From Hydrolagus affinis (Eukaryota): a stretch of 64,000 nt of DNA. The stretch's first letter is position 1; every line of letters starts with the position of its first letter. Under the pieces are notes generated by a model. It saw only the letters and a list, made by a program, of their open reading frames with translations. It did no database searches and was not told the DNA's origin. The DNA lies in assembly GCA_012026655.1 (NCBI GenBank), contig JAAILG010000836.1, forward strand, positions 1 to 64,000. Reading direction: 5' to 3'. A program made the position numbers and the translations under genes. Below are positions 55,560-64,000 of the stretch, piece after piece.

Positions 55560-55832
55560 CCATTAAAATTAGAGCTAGACGATTTAGGAGTGAAATTAGG
55601 AGGATGTTTTTCACCCAAAGGGTAGTGGAAATGTGGGACTCTCTTCCCCCAAAAGACTGTGGATGCTGAATCCGTTCACATCTTCAAGACTGAGGTGGAT
55701 AGCTATTTGTTAGGTCAGGATATTAAGGGATATGGGGCAAGGGCAAGTAATTGGACAAGGTACAGATCAACCATGATCTTACACAATGGTGGAACAGGCT
55801 CAAGGGACTGAATGGCCTACTCCTGTTTCGAT
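55560..55832 (+). mobile_element. CR1 LINE 3' end
   Basis: ttttcacccaaagggtagtggaaatgtggga...ttcaagactgaggtggatag...gaatggcctactcctgtt. Confidence 0.8.
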
Positions 55833-56974
55833 GCTACTATCCGTCACAAAAGCTGAGTCAGAACACGTAGCCATTATTCCACAGTTCTATTTTAATCTCT
55901 TATCTCTTCAACACCCTTGAGGTCATTCACAAATGATCTATAAAGAATTAGAGGAGATTCTGTGATATGTTGTCCTTGGGTACATTTTCTATCCAATTTT
56001 AACAATTTTACATATACATAGGCCTATGTTGCTGTGATATCCAGTGGAAGCTAATTGGGGCATCTCCTTTTGTACCTCAGCCTGTGGTGTGCTGGTTCTT
56101 TAGCTTTATTTGTCTCTTTATACACAGTACTGCAATTTCCCTGATGGGCTATTTTATCACAGCCCACAGTATGAACAATGACCAGATTAAACTTGCATCA
56201 AGGTTAGCAGCAGTTCCAGTTTTCCCCTTTTGAACATTGCCAGAAAGTGTTGCTAACACGAACCCCTGGTATTTATTAGCATAAGGCTAAGACTGAACTG
56301 ATAGCGTTAATATTATTTGAGTACAAGCAGCGGAATGGACTTTGGTGAGGAAGAGTAGATTTTTCTCACAGTTGCTACCAGAAACATATCTAGATTTCCC
56401 ATCTGAGTGAAAATTCCATCATAGAAATCATAAATGTAGCACATTGGTACTAATAAAACACAGCCTTTTGATGATAGATGGCATTTCAGGTGTATGTGAA
56501 CAAAGCTGCATAGTATAGCTCAGAATACATGAATTAAAGAGTATATACGTGAAGTATGAGACCACATACTGTTCTTTAACTACATTTAGCCTACATAAAA
56601 GTAGGCGTATGGTCTAAGGTGAAAGTACATTGCATTCACTAATAAATCATCCCTGAATGATTGTCTGATTTATTTTATCATTACCTTTTGGTGGAAAATT
56701 ATTAAACTATACTTTAAAGTGTAGCAGGATTGCACAAAAGCCTCCCTTATTAGTATAATATTGAGTTTCTGGGACCAGTGGCTAATTCACAGAAATAATA
56801 TTGTAAATGATCTCTTATTAAAATGGATAATTCAACACAGTGAAACTAACAGAAAAAGCTTTTAGACTTAATTTTACAAGATCCATGGCTAAAACAATTC
56901 TGAGTGTGAGAGGTATGTAGATTTCCATTCTATAGCATTGGCCCAATCAAAGCAACAGTTGAGTGAGTTTATAT

Positions 56975-57328
56975 GTGAAGCACTCTGAAATGCCGTCCGG
57001 CGTGGAGGGCGCTATATAAATCGAAGTTGTTGTTGTTGAGTGGTTAGAGCAGTGGCTGTTCAAGCAAGAGACCTGAGTTTGATTCCCAGTAGGACAAAAT
57101 CTTGGGCACGTTTCTTTACTATACACGCCTGATAATAATTCTTCAAAAAATTGGTCAGTTCAATCCACGCCTGTTTGTGGGACACTGCTGTGCACAATTG
57201 GTTGAGCGTTTCAGCCACATGTATACAGTCAATTCACTTTCCAGTATATTCTGTGAAGCGTTTTGAGATGTCTAGAAGACATGAAAAGTACTACAAGTAT
57301 ATCAAATACAAGGATTATTATTATTTAT
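56975..57328 (+). mobile_element. L2-type tail (56975-57038) joined to a near full-length tRNA SINE (57038-57328)
   Basis: (gtt)n runs directly into agtggttagagc...gagacctgagtttgattccc; family body; (tta)n tail. Confidence 0.85.
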
Positions 57329-57649
57329 TTGATTGATAGTATGTGCATCATTACAGGAAACCAATAGACGACTGCCATATTATGCAGATCCCATTATTCA
57401 CAATTTGGTTGGCATAAAAATAGTTTGGGAGTGTTTTTAGTGATTTTTTTTACTGTGAATCAGTCAAGCATAGCTGGGTAGTTAGGTGGTACTTCTATAA
57501 TTCCGAATGGATTTTTTTTAATTTAAAGTACCTGTTAATCGCTTCAAAGTCTGTGTTATTCTAATTGCCCAATACACCATTATGTGCCCGGAAATGTGTT
57601 AAGTCTGTAGAATGTTTTGAGTTGTTAAGTATTATTAGTTGTTAATAAG

Positions 57650-57854
57650 CTCTTCCCCTTTTCTCTTCGTTTTTTTTTCAATGCTGTCTTGCTTTGCACT
57701 ATGATTGCATGCCGCGCCCCGGCGTAACCTACATCGTGATGTGACCTGGCTTGTTGCTGTGATACCTGCCGCACCCAAAACCCACCACATACTGCCATGA
57801 TTTCCATAATGCTCTGCCCTCCTGTTTGTCGCTTCCATGGTTCCTTACTGAAAG
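57650..57854 (+). promoter_or_regulatory. AG-exclusion zone and YGCY cluster upstream of the 95-nt exon
   Basis: No AG from 57650 to 57852; pyrimidine tract at 57651-57679; about 10 YGCY motifs; TGCATG at 57706; AAG acceptor. Confidence 0.75.
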
Positions 57855-57949
57855 TGCCCATGATGCACGGTGCTACACCCACCACTGTGTCTGCAGCAAC
57901 AACACCCGCTACAAGCGTCTCCTTCGCTGCAACAGCTACAGCCAATCAG
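57855..57949 (+). CDS. MBNL3: 95-nt alternative, frame-shifting exon (equivalent to MBNL exon 8)
   Basis: ttactgaaag|TGCCCATG...AATCAG|gtttgg; (V)[31 protein letters not shown]; phase 1-0. Confidence 0.93.
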
Positions 57950-58418
57950 GTTTGGCTCTTTAAATAGCTTTGTTTGACATTTGTTACTCCAAATAAGTAT
58001 TGCGTTGATCAGAGCCAATTTTAGTGTGCGTCAGGGGTCTCGTTTGATTAACGTTCAGGCACGAAATGCAGATTGGTATTGTTTTAAAGAAAATCGAATG
58101 ATTGTTGCATATTTACTCGAACTGGACTTACAGAGTGACCAAGAAGTTGTGATACCATTGCAAGGTTTACTAAGTCTTAAAGAAATTATGATGCTTTTGT
58201 GTGTGTTTTTTATTAAATAACAAGGGTAGATATCACGACTTTTTGGTCACCCAACAGTTGTACATAATTCAATGATCATATTTCCCTTTAAAATTTTCAA
58301 TTCTGTCAATCCGTTCAGTACACTCAAATGTTTTAATTTTAAATGATAATTTATGGGAATGTTAAATGTAAGTATTATTTAAAAATCCACCTTTAATATG
58401 AAATCTTTTCTATTATAG

Positions 58419-58475
58419 ATGCCCATGTTATCTGTAGATGAACTGAGTAGCAGCATGTTTGTTACACAGATGTAG
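58419..58475 (+). CDS. MBNL3: Stop-containing alternative exon (full exon 58419-58492)
   Basis: ttttctattatag|ATGCCC...; MPMLSVDELSSSMFVTQM* (TAG 58473-58475); donor AA|gtaagt at 58493. The alternative frame gives DAHVICR* (TGA 58439-58441). Confidence 0.9.
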   Translation: MPMLSVDELSSSMFVTQM

Positions 58476-59014
58476 GCGTTACGAATAGAAAAGTAAGTTT
58501 CTTTTACATACTCTACAAACTGACTAGGATCGTCCCATAATGTAATGGATGTTTTTTGTTCTTGAAAAAATTTTTATTTCAGAAAAGTAATTATGTTCCG
58601 AATGCTCGTGTTAAGTGCATTCAAAGAAAGAAAGAGTGGCTTTTGCAGGACTAGTTTTCAACATTAATGCTAGCATGGATTTATTTTGGACATATTAAAA
58701 TTGTAAAAATAAATCAATGCACAATTTTATTTTTTATGTCTTATTTGCTGCATTTCTGTAGACCATTACTCAAAAGTATATTACACGTAATGTGATTTTC
58801 ACTATTATGAATTGAATCAATGTAATTGCTGTACTTGTGTTTTAGATATACCAGTATTAAACTACCTTCATGTATATTTCACCCCTAACTAACAGAAATT
58901 AGTTAAGACACTTGGAACTAGAGTAGTACAGTCATAATAGAAAAGATTACGATTTTAATATTAAAAAGCTTATACTTTTATCATTGCGAAAACTGTATTT
59001 GAGTTACGCAGAAA

Positions 59015-59182
59015 ACCATGAAGTGAATGACCAATATTTCTGGAGGCTTGTTGGTCAGGATATGAGAAGAAACTCCCTTTCCTTTTCATTAGTATCACGG
59101 GACCATTAACATCCACCTGAGCAACTTTGTACAGTTCATGTGATAAGGCGCTGTATCAAATGCAAGGATTATTATTATTATG
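59015..59182. mobile_element. Deu-SINE fragment (-) abutting a SINE tail (+)
   Basis: gaaactccctttccttttca..agtatcacgggacc..taacatccacctgagc, then gtgataaggcgctgtatcaaatgcaaggattattattatt. Confidence 0.55.
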
Positions 59183-60641
59183 CGCACTACCCATTGCTTC
59201 AAAGTTCTGTTGCTGCTCAATACTCTCGTCTTCTGTGTGTTTCCTTCTCCACCTCCTTTTTTGATGAAATCCTAGTTCCTCGTGTTCCTAAACTATGTTC
59301 CTTATTGGATTTTGCCTTTTTTTTAAGTGGGGTGTTGATTAGATAAGACATTCGAAAGTCAGCTAAACAGTTGCCTTGGCAATGCATCATTCTACCATTC
59401 TTTCTATCATTGTTTTCTCAGAGAAGGCGAATATCTTAGTTTGTTAGAACACCATTAAATTACTGTATTAATAATTTAAAGTTATGCAGTGGATTTGCAA
59501 GGCAATGCCAGGGAAAGTGAGGTGCCGTATGCGCCACCAGAAAGGGTGGCGGAAACACAATGGTGAGAAACTGGGCACTTCAATGTCTGCTTAAAAACGC
59601 TTTTTTATTCTTTAAAAAAAAGTGGTTTAACAGAATATCACACAGCTTAAAATGCACAGCAGCATGCAGTGAAGGAGTGAGTGAGCCGTACTTTCTAAGT
59701 GAGTGCCTTCCAACCTTTTAACAGTCAGCAGAATGTAATGTTAACCTTAGAAAAGTAGTTGCTGGCCTCCAGGTTTCACTAGAGCTGTTAAACGATCAGC
59801 CATAAGTGCAGATTTCATGGAGCTCATCCATCTGTGGTTAACCGTTCAGATATCCAGTCATTTGTAAAAATGTATACAGATGTAATGTTCCTGCTGTGAC
59901 AAGCTCATACAGCCCCAGTCCAAAGCTCCATGAAAATGGAAAGTGACAGTCTTATACAGTTAGGTTTTGTAAAACAGATTAAACAATATCCACCCATGCA
60001 CACCAATGTGGACACACAAACAGGTTTTGGGAAAACTTCTTGCTGCCCGACAGCAATAGTGATTGTCAACTATAAATAAACAATTTAAGAAGGTCTCTTT
60101 AGAAACAAATCCTGCTTCATAAAACGAATTGACCGATGCTGTACGAGCTAAACAGTCCATCTTATGTAGGCATTTCCTCTTTGTCTTCAGGGCATGCCTC
60201 AAGCTACCTGTCTTGCATATCACAGATACCCATCAGAGACATCTTTGCATCTGCTGGGAATCCTAGGCCTTCACCCAAAAGACTCCTGACTGTCCATAAT
60301 TATTCATAAAGAGACACAAACTTATTCCAATGCTGTATTTTAGGACCTAACCACAGGGAGAAAGAGCACTGGATTATAGAGGACCTTTTTTGTTGCAATT
60401 AATTGGTAAATTATATCAGACTAACAATATTCTTACAATATTCACCTACATTAGGTTGTAACATATCAAATGTGTTTTAATATTTAGTAAAGAATGTAAA
60501 ATAAGTGCGCTATGTATTGAATAGGGTTGTCTAGCTAAAATGCCTGGCTAAAGTATTTTAAACTCATTGTTTCTTTTCTTCCACACCAATCCCACCCCCA
60601 CCCCCCCCCCCCCACCTTCACTTTTTCCCATGTTGTAGCAG

Positions 60642-60781
60642 TTCATGCTGAGATAATGAACAGCAAACTGATGGAGTACCAAGACATCTCCGTGGGGAGC
60701 TGCACACGGCCTTTCTGTAAATACTCCCATCATCCCCTTCCTACCACCTCCGCAGTAAGCCTACCACAGCCTACATGCTAA
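60642..60781 (+). CDS. MBNL3: Dual-frame coding part of terminal exon: frame 0 FMLR* (to 60656); frame +1 (V)HAEIMNSKLMEYQDISVGSCTRPFCKYSHHPLPTTSAVSLPQPTC*
   Basis: Long C/T tract followed by tandem acceptor tgtAG|cAG|TTC. Both frames resemble the two recalled MBNL2 terminal-exon tails (IILK* and DNSEIISRNGMECQE...IELPQTAC*). Confidence 0.78.
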
Positions 60782-63700
60782 CCAAAACCAAACTGATGGG
60801 AATGTCAAGAAACAAAAAGCACTATAAAAAGTCAAGTAAATTTACATACTCCTGTTAGACACTGCATATGTGTAGGAATTAAATGAGGTATATCCCTTTT
60901 TATATCTCATTACTGTAATACATTTAACCAATTTATGGGTAACACAATGATGATAAAATGCATTTTTGAAGTATGAGGACTGTTGGTTTACTGTATATTA
61001 TCAATAGAAATTGTTTATCAGTCTCAATTTTTATGTATGAGTGCTATCTTAACTGAATGTTAAGTTTACAACGGAGTAAATTGATTTGTTTTTAAGAAAA
61101 TGTCTTGTCATGGTCCAGGTTTTCCCTAATCACTTTCTGTTTCACCATTTATATTTCTTATGTTAATTATTTGCTCCTTATTGAAATGAATGTTAATGAG
61201 AAACAGGACAAAAATAATATGAATAGAAAGCAACACTCCACATTAATTTGCATCACAATCTGCAGGCTTTATAATGTAACTTATTCCCAACAGCTAAATC
61301 TTCTTTGTATAACCTGTTTGCCATGAAGTTTTACACACGTGAAGAATACAAATTTAGCATAAATTTACATGTTTTGTGTAGCAATACTTTCAATGTAAAT
61401 ATTAATGCATGTATTCACATTTACACCTGCAATGAGAAACTAATATTAGGTAGTTGTTTAGGATCAGGAATTTCTTGATGAGTTGTGCAGTACTTAAATG
61501 TGTAATCTTGTCTATAATCACTTCATCATTAGCAGTTCTAAATTGTTACAAACAATATTTAGATATCACTATCAATCTTCGTAAAACTAAAAGTGTGTCA
61601 CTTAAACGATTCTACATTTAACTAATTGATATAAATGACAGGTAATCACCAAAGTAAATTCCGTAGAGCCGTTTATAATGACTAGGTGATTTATCTGCCC
61701 ATCAACAGTGTGCTTCCTATTACAGATATTTTACTCCTGTTTTTCCTTCAGTAGTATTATGATGAAATGGAACTGATTGTTAGGGATAGCCTGCCATGTT
61801 TTTGTGTTATCTCATTATATTGCTGGTCAAAACTATTTCCTGCTCACTGTGTACCAGTGCCTCAAAGAAAGGAGAGGTGGATATAACTAAGCCAGAATGA
61901 ATGTTGTGTATTGGCGGTATTAAAGGGCTTGGTTCATTGAAGCTAAAATACTTTCTAAATAGTATATTCCTGCATTGTTGTGAATATGTGAGGTGGATCC
62001 CTCCTGGGAAGCTTCCAAACTAAAAGCTTGGAGGTTGTCTGTAATTTTAGGTAACATCAGCCAGGAATACACAACTTCACAGTACAGTCTGGCAATCTGT
62101 TACATCAACAACTCCGTGACAATATTTCATCTATTACAGATACTTAATTATTCATTCCTGTTTCAAATATCAGTTCACAACTTTACGTTTAAGCGGTTTT
62201 GATTATGAGTTGTGAATAGGAGTGAAAATATCCATGCCTATCAGCAGCATGGACAGACATTCAGTTTTCAAACAAGTAGAACAATATTTGGATTAACTGC
62301 ATCCAGTTAAAGAATCAATTAATATTGTTATTTAAATGATGTTGTGAAGCAGCGTGTTTCCTGTCTGTCAAGTCCTTCATGCTGTTTAAGGATTTGGTTA
62401 ACTGGGCTTCACTTTGAGAAAAAAAAAGTTGCTTCTCCTTCTTTTGGAATAAATGACTAATATATATATATATATATTATATAACATATATATTCACTGC
62501 CATTATCTAGGTGTGTAGCTCTGGTGATGCTATCAAAATTTTGCACATTCAGAATCAATTTCAGAACTGGGGAAGTGAGCATGATCTAACAGAATATCAT
62601 CAGATATGTAAACTAACTGTTTGCTCAGTGCATGGTTAATACGGTAGAGCATACATATTGTCTCTGGATAGTAAGATGCACAGCTCTGGAACAAGCTTCA
62701 ATGGAACAATCCTTTGAACTGATTCAGTACTATCATACTTCACTGTAGACAAACCCATACTTTAGCCTCCATGGACCCAGCATCCACCCCATATCCGGTA
62801 CGGATTACTTGCAGTGTGAACAGAATGTAAATCTGGAACTTAAAACAATTTCCCATGAAAGGTCAGTGCACTGAAAGGGTACGTGTTTGGTTATTAAAGG
62901 TTTATTGCTTTATTATGAAGCAGACTTCTTTTAATGTGGATGTTCAGGGTAGTTGAATGAGGCACCGGACATTTTTCAGTGTCGCCGGGAGGTTAAGACT
63001 GATGTTTTTTTTTGTAAAAAAAAGTTAAGGAAAGAAAGCTTGAAGCACTAGTGTCTTCACCAAATGAAATCAACGCAGGCAAAGCTGCCACTTCTGAAGT
63101 AGCACTAAGAAGAAGAAGAATATAGTTGTGCAATGACTTTACTCCAATGATTTGTTTAATTAAAATAAAGTCGTCAAGACTATAAATATCATTAGCTTAA
63201 GTGAGCATTCTTCATTATAGTCACGCCGTCAGAAGGTGACTCTAAACAAAATCCTCTCTGCACCACAGGATCATTTGTTTAAATGCCATGAAAATGTGAT
63301 TATATATACGGCAATTGGACTGTTGGACTCTAGCGCTGGTTCGTACCAGGGAAGATTTCAGCAGTTCTGCTTCACTTCATGGCCATGTAATCATGTATGT
63401 TTATTTTTACTTCATCCAAAGTTATTTCTCTTTGTTTAGTTTTCTCAGCCTTATGCAAATGATATGCAAGAATACTGAATCTTGGATAAAACGGGTCATA
63501 CTGAGGGAAAGTGGAAGATGAGATAGAGGACGAAAACAGGGATTTTTCTATTTGGGCTGGACAAATTTAATATTAATGTTACGTTTTCCATCACAAAAGT
63601 GCAACACAAACTGCATTAACTATCATAATCACACCAGTGCTTTTATGCTACCTAAATTATTTTAGGGCAAAGTTATTGCACTGTTACCAGCCATATGTTT

Positions 63701-64000
63701 CATTAAGTACATGAGAGTTTTAGTTCTGTTATAGTTTACAACCTCTGTTACTGTAGCTGACAGGAATAAAGAGTTCTAAATTTCTCCAACCTTGTATATT
63801 TCACAGTACTGTATGCTGAGAAAGAGAAATCTATGAGGAAAATTTTCCATTCCTCTTGAATGGATTTAGCAAGATATTGACCTGATTTTACTGTGTGCCT
63901 GTTAAAGGCCTTAGATGCTATAATGGTTTAAAACTATATAATCTATAGAGGTTTTTGCCAATAGCCTAATCCAAATGTAAGTACACAACAGCACACTACA
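60782..64000 (+). other. MBNL3: Probable long AT-rich 3' UTR; end not determined
   Basis: Follows the terminal coding segment and is poor in recognisable TE fragments. AATAAA at 62448-62453, 63164-63169 and 63765-63770. Confidence 0.55.
62458..62492. repeat. (AT)n microsatellite
   Basis: atatatatatatatatattatataacatatata. Confidence 0.8.

Larger units (their letters stand above)
13778..60781 (+). other. MBNL3: Muscleblind-like protein 3 gene body (first coding exon to last alternative stop); upstream non-coding exon(s) not located, 3' UTR continues past 60781
   Basis: Ten exons with GT-AG ends and compatible phases give a 389-aa protein with four CCCH fingers. Residues recalled as MBNL3-specific: [32 protein letters not shown], the short ...NQTAAAAM exon end, and C-terminal LSVDELSSSMFVTQM (human MBNL3 recalled as LSIDELNSSMFVSQM). 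Confidence 0.9.

Noticed and set aside
54935-55618. Longest ORF in the track (227 aa, minus strand) as a host gene
   Set aside because: L2 ORF2 fragment whose apparent start lies in an adjacent antisense CR1 piece; 5'-truncated and frameshifted.
57625-57945. 106-aa antisense ORF over the 95-nt exon
   Set aside because: Shadow of the Ala/Thr-rich exon and the constrained intron; no independent coding evidence.
14437-58475. Assignment as MBNL1 or MBNL2
   Set aside because: The 54-nt exon is MBNL1-like and some linker residues are MBNL2-like, but [24 protein letters not shown], the short exon-4 end and DELSSSMFV all match MBNL3 as recalled. A tree or synteny check would settle it.
1-64000. Prokaryotic-type systems (CRISPR arrays, operons, defence islands)
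   Set aside because: The sequence is an intron-rich vertebrate locus; repeats are dispersed retroelements with no regular repeat-spacer structure.

Overview
AT-rich vertebrate genomic DNA, most likely from a cartilaginous fish. This is inferred from the repeat content: tRNA-derived SINEs with L2-type tails, Deu-domain SINEs, and L2, CR1 and Penelope-type relics. The window holds the whole coding region of one + strand muscleblind-like gene, best matching MBNL3. Coding exons are 14437-14610, 44803-44967, 46442-46642, 48159-48395, 49804-49857 (54-nt cassette), 51606-51756, 53226-53261 (36-nt cassette), 57855-57949 (95-nt cassette) and 58419-58492 (stop at 58473-58475). A dual-frame terminal exon starts at 60639/60642 and is followed by a long 3' UTR. 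All junctions are GT-AG and phase-compatible, and the all-exon isoform is 389 aa with four CCCH fingers. Main findings: (1) the +1 frame of the terminal exon encodes a degenerate fifth muscleblind-type CCCH finger whose first Cys is Tyr (TAC, one base from TGC), inside a predicted hairpin; (2) this MBNL3-type gene carries the 54-nt NLS exon and the YGCY-rich, AG-free autoregulatory intron element known from MBNL1; (3) the same distant-branchpoint architecture recurs before the 95-nt exon; (4) the large first coding exon is uORF-laden and resembles the circMbl exon. Paralog comparisons are from memory, not from a database search. Most ORFs in the supplied track are spurious or TE-derived.
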